From: Antechinus flavipes
Lineage: Eukaryota
DNA length: 64,000 nucleotides
Direction of reading: 5' to 3'
Assembly: GCF_016432865.1 (NCBI RefSeq)
Contig: NC_067401.1
Location: 443,486,001-443,550,000, forward strand
The position numbers and the translations under genes were made by a program. Positions within the stretch are counted from its first letter, which is position 1, and the number at the start of each line of letters is the position of its first letter. Below the pieces are notes generated by a model. That model made no database searches. It was given only the letters and a program-made list of their open reading frames with translations, and was not told where the DNA came from. Below, piece after piece: positions 1 through 11,664 of the stretch.

Positions 1-720
1 GGCATTTTCTGTGTAGAGTTGCTTTTAACTAGGTTCTATTATTTGGAAGAAAATGTTTTTACTTTATGGTTTATATTTATAATAATTTGTGTTTTGAAGA
101 ACTTTGTAGATAGCTGTAAAAAAAAAAAAAGATTTGCTCCTTACACAAGATTTTTGTTAATATATGTTCTTTTAAGGTGGCTTGATTTTTTTCAATTGTC
201 TGATGCTTTCCTTATTTAATTTCTGATTTGAAAACTTGCTTTTAAGAGCTTGAAATAAATGGGCTTGCCTACATAACTCATCTCTGTTCCAAGAGACATT
301 TATTCAATCTGCTTCTTCCAATGCCCCATTGAATTGGTGCCCCATGGTTCTAATAGAGTGTTGTTTTTGTTCATTCCCAATGACTTTTTGTTCTTTCTGC
401 TTTATCACTTCTTCATTTGGGATAAGAAATGATGGACTCTCTTATGGAGATACTTGGTAATGGTCAGTTCTGAGAACATCATGCCAAGTAAAATATAGAG
501 ATACGGAAATTAATTAAATTTTCTTAACCTCAAGCATTTTAATACACTCATATACTCTGTGCTAAGTGCTTTATGTTGCTGGGGATATGGATACAGAAAA
601 GGGAGAGTCCCTGCCTTCAAGGAGTTTACTTTCTATGATGGGGATACAATGTAGACATTGATTAATCAATACAAAACATAGAAAAACTTAATTTCAAGTG
701 TTAAAAACTGGAAAAATCTT

Positions 721-852
721 TTTTTTTCTTCCTGAGGCAATTGGGGTTAAGTGATTTCCCCAGGGTCACACAGCTAGGAAGTATTATGTCTGAGGTCAGG
801 AGGACCTGAGTTCAGGGCAGGTGCTCTATCTACTGTACTGTCTAGCTGCCCC
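721..852 (-). mobile_element. WSINE1-type CORE-SINE with 13-bp TSD and an internal micro-inversion
   Basis: Reverse complement of ggggcagctaga...tcacttaaccccaattgcctcag plus poly(A). Perfect TSD ctggaaaaatctt at 708-720 and 852-864. Confidence 0.9.
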
Positions 853-1510
853 TGGAAAAATCTTAAAGGTCTTATTTGGAAGGTGATACTTGAACTGAAC
901 TTTGAAAGGAACTAAAGATTCTAGATAGAAGAAGTGAGAAGAGAGTATTCCAGATACGAGGGTTAAATTGTACAAAAACATAAAGGTAGGAGATAGAATA
1001 GTAAGTGGAGGAAGAAAAGCAGGTAGGCCAATTTGGCTGAAAGGAATGGGGTGAAATTAATTTAAAAAGATAGGCAACCACCAAATTAAGAAGGGCTCTA
1101 AATGGCTAAATTTGGCTAAATTAATCTAGATGGACTATCAGAAATTTCAAGTGTAAAGAAATATACAATGATACTAAATATGGGGTCACTTTTGTCTAGA
1201 CTAAATTAAAACCTTTTAATTTCATTAAGTCATTACTCTATGACGATATTTTGACTGGAAAACGTGGAAGCCGAAGACTGGGAATAACACTGCAAGTCAT
1301 TTAAAGCAGGAAGGTCAATAATACGTGTATTCTGTGTTCTAATCCTAAAGTCATTCTTTAGGTGTAGAATGGTGTAATGGAAAGAATGTTAAATTTGGAG
1401 TCAAAGGATATTAGTTCAAATTCTAATTTTACTATCTCTTATACAATGTTATCACTGGGCCTTGGTTTCTCATCTATAAAGTGAAATATTGGTTTCTCAT
1501 CTATAAAGTG

Positions 1511-1512
<2 letters not shown>

Positions 1513-1559
<47 letters not shown>
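1513..1559. repeat. (TA)n microsatellite inside a MIR3-like element
   Basis: Perfect dinucleotide run. Confidence 0.98.
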
Positions 1560-1561
<2 letters not shown>

Positions 1562-3699
1562 AGTGTATAACAAAATAATATAAAATAAAATGAAAGGGAT
1601 TGAAGCAAGAAGACTATAAAGTTCCCTTCCAGCTCTGTCTATCTGAACCTGTTCTCAATAAGGATTTCTTGACATGTGTTAGAGTGAGGAAAGCCAAGAA
1701 GGATAGGTGCAGGAAGTGCTCAGCTCTTTTCTTTAAGAAACACACAGTAGAGTTAGAGAAATGAGACTAAACAAAGGGATAAAGTGCTCCAATAAAATGA
1801 TGCAAACAAGAGTTAGAAGGAATCTCAGTGGCCAGCAAGTCCAACCTGGACCTAAAAAAGAAAAGACAACACACCTATCTAATCTCTACCTGAAGACCTC
1901 TAACAAGAGATCCATCAGCCACTCTCCCCCAGCAGCCTGTTTTTCTTTGGAACATCTCTAGCTTGGATTTTTTCTTGACTGAATTTTTTTCTTTGCACCT
2001 TCTGTCCATTGCTCCTCTCCCTTCCTTAGCCAAATAGATCAAATCTAATCTTTCTTAGATTCCAAAAAGGGCAGAGATTGAACCATAGTGACCAAAGAAG
2101 GTTTCGTCAAGGAGGTATTGCAAGATGGAAAATGCAACCTTGAAGATAACTTACCCTCTCCAAAATAATCTATCAGCAAAGTGGGGGAAATAATCCTCAT
2201 CCCTCCTCTGATTCACCAGGACTGTTAGAAAATCCAAAGAAAGAAATTACTTGTGCCGCATTGGACAATTTGAACTAAAGCACTTCTGCTTAGTGTATTG
2301 CCACATTCATTTGGTACTTATTTTGTTTTCCAGCCATTGCAGCCAGACAATATTCATTAGTAACTACCTTGTGTCCACACTCACATTCATTCTCTGTAAA
2401 ACTCCTGAGTATTGACATTGGGACCCTTGTTTAGTGAGTCCAAATCAATCCATTGCAAGCCAAGAAGCATTGATTAAGTGCTTACTATGCTCAAGGAGAA
2501 AGGAAACTTGACATAATGGATAGAGAACCAGACTTGAAGTCAAGAAAATGGGTGTTGAAATTCTGTCTAAGATAATGTCAGTCAACTAGTAAACATTTAA
2601 GTGTCCACTTTGTGCCAGGCACTGGGCTAAAAGCTGGGATGATAAAGAAAAGGAAAATGCTCATTCCTACCCTTAGAGCCCATAACGCATTGTGGGAAAC
2701 AGCATGCAAATAACAATGTATAAGCAAACTATATGCGAGGTAAATAGAGAAAAACCAACAGAAATACTGAAATGAGGAAATAATTGGGAAAGGCTTCCCA
2801 TAATAGGATTTTCTATGGGATTTGATGGAAGCTAAGGAAGTCCAAGATGAGAAGAGCAAATAGTCTATTCAGATGATGTAGATGAGTTGCTGATCTCCGT
2901 TGATGGGGAGAGTTGTGAGGAATTTCCAAGGTGAAGTTCTCTGGAATTGATTTCTCCCCATAACCCTTCAAATGCATAAAAAGCACTAGGAATATACAGA
3001 TAAAAATTTTTTAAAATAATAGATCCTGCACTCAAGGAGCTTACATTCTATTGTATAAGTTAACTGATCAAAACACAAAGGCTATCCTGAAATATTTTTT
3101 TTAATAAGTGTCTGATGTGAAATGAGGCAAGTAATTTTGGACTACCTGACTTAAAAGAAAATAGAAAGGAGGTTATGTTACTTCTCTGGTCTCTTGTGAA
3201 ACCTTTCTAGCAGTCTCTTTCCTAATAGAGGCAAAAAACTCAGAGACAGAAGGTAGATCCCTAAGACAATGAATAACGGCCTGCTACAGGCAGGATCTGC
3301 ATACTCCAGGGAGTCATCAGAATGCCGCATTGGACAATAATTAAAAGCTGTCTTCGCTGTGACTTTACCAGGGGAAAAACACGGTGATCAGAACAGGCCA
3401 TGGAGGATGGCTGATGTTTGAAATGTGTCTCAGGCGACTCTTGTTACCAGACAGCTGCAGAAATCAGCAAAGTCTGATTTCTTTTTCAGTTTGCTTTGAA
3501 CTTTAAATAAATTTATGAGTCTGACTCTGCACCTTGAAGAAATGAAGCCCTATACAAGAAGAGGTAGCAGTGATGAGAGCAGATTGGGGCATATCTTTTG
3601 GCCAAAATGTCTAAGAGGGCTCGTGAAGAAACAATCTTTGGGATTTTGTATGAGAAGTTGGTGAATTGTTTTCCACCAAGAAATAAGTGGGATGGTATA

Positions 3700-3900
3700 T
3701 TGGGAGACAGCACCTGGCCTGGGTTTGAATTCTGCCTTAGTCACTGACTGATTGTGTGCTCCTGAGCAAGTCACTTTACTTCAATTTTTTTCTCTATAAA
3801 ATGGGAATAATAATAGCATTTATGGCAAAGTTGTTATAAAGATCAAATGAGATTACATATTTAAAGCATTTAGCAAATATGAAAACCATATATAAATATT
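3700..3900 (+). mobile_element. MIR (one of many MIR/MIR3 copies in the window)
   Basis: CORE: gagcaagtcacttt...ctctataaaatgggaataataata...ttgttataaagatcaaatgaga. Confidence 0.75.
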
Positions 3901-4455
3901 GGCACCAGACTTCTTCTTATATGAAAGTTATATAATAGTCATAATATAGATACATAAAAGTTAGATCCTGGCACAAAGATGAGAGATTTAGCCACGGAGG
4001 AAACAAAAATTTGAATTATTGGGTGAGAATACATGGTAAACTGGAGCATCTTGAAGATGCCTATAGAGCAGAATGGATTTAAATCAATGCTGCACAGTTT
4101 GGTATAAGTTTCTGTCATCTATTCCCCTTGGTCATTCTTACTGAGCCAGGTTCCTTTATTTTGTGGTTTTTGCATTGTTTCAGATGCACTATGCCATCAG
4201 AGATACAAAACAGAATTTCCATCAGGTTAGATTAGATTTCTTTAATAACTTTGAAGAAATTTAATTTGCCAAAGTCCTGAGGACTTTGGAGGGTCAGACA
4301 CAAAGAATAGTTCTTGGTGATTCATCATCAGTGGTAGAGCGGATGTATCAAATGGGGATCTGTGGAGGTCAATACCTGGCCCAGAGCTATTTAGCATTTT
4401 CAATCATGAGGTGCATGGTGGTAATAATAATACCAATACTAAGAACAACAACAAT

Positions 4456-4765
4456 AAGGCACTTCATGCGTGACATCCCCATGACCTCAACTAACTTTAC
4501 CAATAAAGAAGCGATGGCAGAACAAATGTCTGAGTCACGAAGATTTGTTTATAGAAATGGAGAGGTTTATGACAGCAATTGAGAATCAGGTCATTCCACC
4601 AGAAATTACAAATGGATCAGATTTAAAGAGCCAGGACTCATTGATCAATGCAGATTATACAACAAAGTGGTGGGAAATTGGGAAACATGACTGCAGGTTG
4701 CGTCAGCTAGCTACCTAGGAAATCACAACCAAGTGGCTAAAAGTAGACGCCAGAAAATCTGTATC
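4456..4765 (+). mobile_element. Dong/R4-clade LINE relic, copy 1 (post-RT region to CCHC knuckle; Mam_R4-like)
   Basis: Frame-stitched translation KALHA*HPHDL / NKEA / NKCLSHEDLFIEMERFMTAIENQVI / TRNYKWIRFKEPGLIDQCRL...YLGNHNQVAK. This matches the R4/Dong ORF pattern KALHGRHP..DKEASN.WL..G.LF.ETEGFM.AIQDQVI.TRNY...D.CRLC...Y..RHN.VAK. Confidence 0.8.
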
Positions 4766-6069
4766 CTTCATATAATGGCTATTTAGGTTAACGGATTAAA
4801 CCCTCCCCCCACAGTATACTTGAAATATTCTTGCTGTGTGTTGTCTTGGAGGCATTCACCTCTATAAGCTTTTCTTCATTTCCTCCTCTGTAAAATGCAG
4901 ACATTGGACTAGAAGAAAATGAAGATCTCTTCCAGCTCTATATCCATCCTGTGATCAAGAATAATTCATCAAACATCTCCTATGAACATAGGATTGTGCA
5001 ATAAATGCTAAGAAGTGGGCCATAATGACTTAAAGCAAGGAAGGCTTTAGTTCAAGTCTCCTCTGACATATAATGGCTCTGTGACACTGGAGTGTCACTT
5101 GACAATCAAGTGCTTTAAACAGCTTTTAAGACTCCAAGTGGTTAGCCTACATTCATAGAGAGGATTTCCTCACCTAGAGAAGTTCCCTGTATCATTGAAA
5201 TGTCAAATGTGGTCACTTACCTTTATCGTGGTTCAATCAATAAAATATATCGGAATCAGAGCATCATGGTGGCCCTCATTGTTGATCCCAACTGCCCAGG
5301 CACAAAAAATTAAGAAGTGAATTAAAAAGCATTTATTAGATACTTATTTCCATAAGTATTGTGCTAAGCCCTGGGTTCACAAATACAAAAGTAAAGGCTG
5401 TCCTTCACCTTTGAGGAGATTAGGGGTTCACATAAAAGAGAAATGACCAGGGAGGAAGATTTTGGTTTGGAAGGTTATTGCCACGGTGGGTTAAGCTACA
5501 AGGGAGTTGATTTCCAGAAGTCATGGCAGAGCTGATTTGATCATGTTTAAAGAACTGGAAGTGTGGCGATGGAGAAGATGAAGAGATGGGCCAGGTGAGG
5601 CAGGAAGGATCATAGCCCCATCAGGGAAGGAAGAGGAGTTAAAAGATCCGAAAATGGAAAAGTTAAGACCTCCAAGACTTGAGTGATATTATTAGTCAGA
5701 ATACTTACAATCTCCAAACTCTATTGATTGAAAAGTTTTCAAAATAGAGACTTTTGGCAGTAAGCCTTTCCTGTCCCCCCTAGCAGGTATTGCCCTTGGT
5801 TTCTGCACATTCCTGTCTAGGTGAGTATTGTCTCCCCATTGTATCCCTAGTGCTTGCTTAGCCCAGTACTTTTCATGTAACAAGGACTTAAATGTTAGAT
5901 TTAATAGATTGAAATAATTAAAACTACAGGGGAGCAGAACGAGGTAAGTACATGTCCTCCCTGTCCCAACTCTAATATTGCTGAATCTATGGAAAATGAA
6001 CCTAAATCTAATTGTTCTTATTTAATTACCCCAAAGAAGTCATTGTATACACCAGTTTAAGAGTCCAAG

Positions 6070-6312
6070 GGGAGCAGCTAAGTAGCACAGAAGTTGGAGT
6101 GCTGGATCTGAGGTCAGACCTGAGTTCAATTCTGGCCTCAGATGCTGATTAGCTATATGACTCTGGGCAAGTCACTTAATCCTGTTTCTCAATTTCCACG
6201 TAGGTCAAATGAGCTGGAGAAGGAAATGGCCAATTTCTCTAGTATCTTTGTCAAGAAAACCCAAATGACATCACAAAGGACTGGACATGACTGAAACAAT
6301 TGAATAACAATA
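6070..6312 (+). mobile_element. Mar1 CORE-SINE with RTE/BovB-like tail
   Basis: tRNA/CORE head, then ggagaaggaaatggc...gtatctttgtcaagaaaaccc...ggacatgactgaa. Confidence 0.85.
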
Positions 6313-6379
6313 AGAGTCTTTAAAACTCTAAATATGGAAGATTGATAGCAAGATAGCAACTGTACCAAATTCAATTTCT

Positions 6380-7230
6380 ATCTGAATACAGTATAATGGA
6401 TTTAGGTCTGGCTGCAGATCTGAAATGGAAGAATTAATTGTTCAAAATCATTTGGCTAGAAGTCTCTGGTAGAGGACCCAGGGATTTGTATTTGGCCCTG
6501 TGGTATTTAACATTTTTATCAATATATCTTGGATTAAAAGCACCTGTGGCATTGTCATCTAATTCACAGATGACACAAAGTTGAGTATAATATGACAGCC
6601 AAAAAGCTCATGTGATTTTTGGGCTGTGTTAAGAGAGACATGATCTCCAGGTATAGCAACATGGAGGTGCTTACTCGACCCTAAACTGACCTGATCTGGA
6701 GTACTGTGTCCAGTTTTAGGAGCTATAGTTTATTTTGATAAACTTGAAAGTAATCAGAGTAAGTCATTCAGGATGGTAAGAAAAATCAATGAATGTTTAT
6801 CTTGTAAGAGACTTGGGGAAGAGGGTGGGAGAAGGATAAGATTGCTATCTTGAAAATATTTGAATAACTGTCATGTAAAAGAGATATACTTACTCTGTTC
6901 GGCCCAAGAAGGTAGAACCAGGAGCAATGCTGATAATCTTCAAAGAAAAAAATTTTTTTCAGGATTTCAGGAAAAAAAAATTGCTAACAATTAGAAAAGT
7001 CCAAAAGTTGGGTTATCTCAGAATGTTGTGGGTTCTCCTTCATGGGAGTTCTTCAAGAATAATTAGAAAAGTCCAAAAGTTGGACTATCTTTGTTCATGG
7101 GATAAATGGGAGTTCGTCAGCAAAATGTTATAATGAAGAATCTATTTGCATATAGGCTGATTATATGGCTGGTAGGGTCACTTCTACCTAAAAAACTTCT
7201 GAGGTTCTGCTATTATTATTATTTTCATCA
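6380..7230 (+). mobile_element. CR1/L3 3' fragment
   Basis: tttggccctgtggtatttaacatttttatcaat...cagatgacacaaag (RT PVLFNIFIN..ADD region), followed by the L3 3' end. Confidence 0.7.
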
Positions 7231-7234
7231 TTTC

Positions 7235-8158
7235 ATGGAATCTTTCTTCAGTAATTATACCTATATGTCATTTAGGATTTGAGAAGTGTAAAATTCTTAA
7301 ACTCTCTCTAAGAATATAGAGACTGAAAGCTTGAAACTTGACTCAGAAAGTCACATTGAACAATGACTTCTGATAATATCTCTAAATGCCTTGGTCTCCT
7401 CCAGGCAAGATATACAGAGAGAAGGATGTGGCTGAATACATTGAGACTTGGATCTTGAAATCAAAGCTGAATGGGAAGAGCCCATTTGAAGCAATTAACA
7501 CCTACACAATACCAGATTTAATGTACGTTTAAAGACTATAAAACAAACTACAACAAATTCAGAAAGTATCCTAACAAAAGCCTTTGTAGCATTAACAAAA
7601 CATAAGACCCATTACAGTAAGGCAGCTAAAGGAAGATGAACACTTTGTCACCACAAAGGAGGAGGAGGAGGATTTATAGACAGCATTAGAATATGCTGAA
7701 AAAAGGTTTAAAAAACCTAGAGAAATGTTTTTGGCAAAAATAGGCGTTATCCCTTCATTAACTAATAGTAAAAGTTAATAACAGGTAAGCGCCCTTGGAT
7801 TTGTCAAATGGAATATGAGAAATAGTTAAGATTTAAGAATAGAATTAAAAGGCCCTTCATGGTATCTGCATGAACTCAGCCTACCTTATGTTAACAAAGA
7901 AGCCTCAAACAAAGCCTAAGATGTTCCAATTCAGTGATGGAAATGGAGGGATTTGTAATGGCAAATCAGGATTTAGTTATTGACATATGAAATTATACAA
8001 GGCTGTTTTTAAGAAGCCTGAACTCAGTGATCAATGTAAATCATGGAATAAAAGGGTAGAAATCATTTAAGGCATCATAATAGGCTGTAAGGAATTATTA
8101 CTTACCTCATACATAATAAACCATGAATATAGAGTTATGCATCAGAAGTTTACTATCT
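7235..8158 (+). mobile_element. Dong/R4-clade LINE relic, copy 2 (late RT/thumb to CCHC knuckle)
   Basis: Stitched motifs in the correct order: FSNYTYMSF/GFEKCKIL, SKCLGLLQA, ILKSKLNGKSPFEAINTYTIP, ALTKHKTHYSKAAKGR*TLCHHKGGGGGFID, LHELSLPYVNKEASNK, EMEGFVMANQDLVI, KKPELSDQCKSW...GCKELL, VMHQK. Confidence 0.85.
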
Positions 8159-9391
8159 GGGAAGACTGTGGGAAAGATGGTAGAATAGCTTGGAAAATTC
8201 CAAGCTCTATAGATTTTCCCCATAAGCAATACAAAAAAGTGCCCTAGGGCAAACATAGAGCAATAAAAATAAACAAGAGTTGGGGCGGAATAATGGAACT
8301 CTTGAGACATCTGGAGATCATCTGAAGAAAGAGTCCAGAAGGGACAATGTTGGGAAGTATTAAAACCTCCAGGCTAGCTCCTTAGGAGCAGCAAGTGGCA
8401 AATCCTGGGGCTCGCTGGCTTGGAAGGTAGCCTCAACTCACCTCCAAGACAAAGTGGTGAGTTGACATTTGAGCAGAAGAAGTTTGGGGGACCCTCTGCT
8501 GATAAGGGACGCCAGGCTTGGCTGTGCTGCTGAGATGGGGTACTGGGCATGGAGGAATCATCTCATTTCAGGTTAATGCCTGGAATGGGGCTGAAACCCT
8601 ACTGATGGTGGGCACTTACAGGTGGGCAGAGGTCTTAGTTTCAGTTCCCAGCCAAAGGGGAGAACGAAAAGAGCACCAGAGGCCAGAGGCACCATCTCTC
8701 TTACTCCAGGATTAAAGGTGATGGCAATAACGAGCTGCCAAAAGTTGTTGTTTTTTTTTTTTAAATGAGCAGGCAAAGGGGAAAAAACCCAATCATCGAA
8801 AGTTACTGTAAGAATAGCGAAAACCAGGGTTCATCTTCAGAGGAGGATACTAAAGCAAAAAAAAAAAAAAAAAAACAATTTTTTTTTTTTTTTACCCCAA
8901 AGAGTAACATCAAATGACCATCTGCTCAAAAAGAATTCAAAGAAGAACTTTAAAAAAGACTTTGAAAATCAAGTGAGAGAGGTCAAGGAAAACTTTAAAA
9001 AAATTAAGAACAATCCAAGAAATACAAGAAAATTATAAATTCTTTTCAACTTACTAGAAAAGGAGATCCAGAATCTTAAGGAAAAAAAAACAACTCTGAA
9101 AATTAAAATGGGGCAAAGGACAAGAAATAGTAAAACAAAATATAAAGAATGAAAAAAATAGAAGAAAATGTGAAATGTATCATAAAAATAACTAATCTAG
9201 ACAAAAAAGATCAAGAAGAGAAAACATAAGAATTGGATTATCTGAAAGCTATGATAAAAAAAGAATATATTTAAAGATAATTGTCCTGAAATGTCAGAAC
9301 AAGAAGAGGAAGTAGAAATAGGAAAAAAAATCCATCTATCACTACCTGAAAGTGATCAAACTCTGAAACCCCAGCTCAAGGAGAAAATATT

Positions 9392-9863
9392 TTTTTCAAA
9401 GACACATATTCTTTTATTTCTGTTTAAACTGAATATACAATTATTTTGTTTTCTATGCAACCAACCATTGCCTGTAACTACAATTTAATTTCACATTAAT
9501 AAAAAAGCACATTAGACAAAACTCTGATTGTGAAAATCTAATTACAATAATAAATAATTTATACAATTTTTTTTACTCTCCTATAAGGATCATATTCATC
9601 AAAGTTTTACAGGTCAGTCAGTTTTATTTTGGCTAAAATGCTTCTAATATAGGAATGATTTCTTGATTTGAACAGGAAAGGCTGCTAGTTTATATTTCCT
9701 CTTGACCACCTATCTCCCAAACACCATCAATGGTTCTGTGTTGCCTTTAGTGTAATAAATCCACCAAGAAGTAGCTGCCTAGTATTCTGGGGACATCATT
9801 ATTAGATAATGGGCCATCTTCATTTTAGTCAGAACAGTGACTTCTTGAATGGTTGGAGTGTGA
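9392..9863 (-). pseudogene. 5'-truncated processed retrocopy of an unidentified polyadenylated transcript
   Basis: Interrupts HAL1 ORF1. TSD tcaag(g/a)agaaaatatt at 9376-9391 and 9864-9879. Poly(A) remnant around 9390-9396, with AATAAA (9413-9418) about 16 nt upstream of it. AU-rich, 3'UTR-like sequence. Confidence 0.75.
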
Positions 9864-11002
9864 TCAAGAAGAAAATATTATGAGCAACAAGGGAAAAAAA
9901 AACAATTCAAATATAGCAGAGTCACAGAATCACACAAGATCTACCCAATGGCTACACTAAAATATCAAAGATCTTGGAACACTAAATACTGAAGAACTAA
10001 AGAACTAGGTTGCTGATGAAAATATCATACCAAGCAAAGTTAAGCATAATCCTGAATGGAAAAAAAAAAAAAGAATATTCAATGAATTGCCAAACTTTCA
10101 GGAGTTTGTGGCAAATGATCTGAACATAATAGAAAATTTGGTATATAAGATCTAAGAGAAATATAAAGTAAACATCAAAGACTAATTACTAAATGCTTAA
10201 TAAGGATAGTTTACTTTTTATATATGGAAATGTAAGTCATATGTCTAACATTGTCATTAGTAATTGGTAGTTCAAAAGAAAGATTGGGTAGAGCTGAGTA
10301 TAATGTGATGCTAAAAAAACAAAACCATGTAAAAAAGAATGATTATCTTATACAAATGAGGCACAAGAAGAAGAACTGACAGGAATTAGATGGAGGAGGA
10401 AGACTAATAGTTCTGAAGCCCTATTCTCATTGGGAATAGATTAAAGAGGGAACAATACCTACACACACAAGCACGCACACACACACAGGTCTTTTAAATT
10501 CAGAAAGAAATAAGAGGTTAAAGAGATAGGGAGGTGAAAGAAAATAAGGGAGAAAGTTTTAGAGGGAATCTACTCAGATCAGATCTGGGTTAAAGAGAGA
10601 ATAATATATACATTTAGAAGGGAAGAAAAGTCTTTTAAGTTTATAAAGAAATGAGAATGAAGGAAAGGGATAAGAGGAACATGATATAGAAGAGTGTATA
10701 GATTAATGGGAACGAGATAAAGATGGAACAACATATATATTTGGTCTACCAAATTGAGATAGAAATAAGAGGGCAAGGAAAAGGAGTAGGGGGAGATAAG
10801 GGAGACAGCCTTGCAGGGGACTTGGTTAAGTAATAGGAGGGCAAGGTAATAAGTATAATCAAAGCAGAGGTGTCAGGAGGGATAGAAAATAAGAGATATA
10901 ATCATTAAATATTATTTTAGGCTATTTAAAATAACTAGACGGTATAAAGTTCAAATATTATTGTGATATAGAAATGATGAGCTAGTGTATTTAGAAAAGC
11001 AT

Positions 11003-11140
11003 GGCCAGCTAGGTGGTGCAGCAGGAAGAACAGCAACCTAGAAGTCAGGAAGACCTGAGTTCAAATCTGATCTCAGATACTTAATACTTCTTGGCTGTGT
11101 GACCCTGGGCAAGTCACTTAACCCCAATTGCCTCAGCAAT
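11003..11140 (+). mobile_element. WSINE1-type CORE-SINE inserted in the HAL1 3' region
   Basis: cagctaggtggtgcag...gaagtcaggaagacctgagttcaaatc...cttaatacttc...aaccccaattgcctcag. Confidence 0.85.
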
Positions 11141-11664
11141 AACCCCAATTGGACTTATGAAAAAAGATGATATCCACCTTCTGAGAAACAGAGGACAAAC
11201 ATAGTAGGGTCTTACATAAATCATATGAATGCATCTATGCATATATGTGTATGATTAGAGATAACTATGTATATATACAAATGTATATATAGATAGATTT
11301 GTGTGTATATGTATTATACTCATATTATGTGCATATATCTAGTATTTATATATATCCACACTTAAATATAACCTAAAAAGGTTATAACCTAGAAGGCAAA
11401 GGAAGGAGGAAGGCAAAAAAAAAAAAAAAAAAAAAGTAAAAATGCACAGCAGAGAAAAAAAAAAACCTACAAGAAAGCAAAGATGGACAACTCTGACAAC
11501 AATTAGTAATATTTGTTTAACATATAATATGTCATATTATATTTATTTTCAAATGGAAATTTATTGCTTTATATTTTAAATCTTATCCATATGGCAATGC
11601 TTGTTTGTTTTTTTTTTTTCTATTTGTATTTTAAGTTTAAAATAAATAAATAAGTTTATTATCT

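Larger units (their letters stand above)
8159..11651 (+). mobile_element. Full-length HAL1 (ORF1-only L1 relative), decayed
   Basis: 5' end gaagactgtgggaaagatgg. Degenerate L1-type ORF1 from about 8765 (atgagcaggcaaagg...) to about 10140, then a purine-rich 3' region with no EN/RT sequence and an (AAAT)n tail. TSD aagttta(c/t)tatct at 8146-8158 and 11652-11664. Confidence 0.8.

Noticed and set aside
4286-4582. 98-aa ORF that looked protein-like or viral
   Set aside because: It is a chimera of a CR1/L3-like relic (about 4290-4400), a simple repeat and mostly off-frame Dong/R4 sequence.
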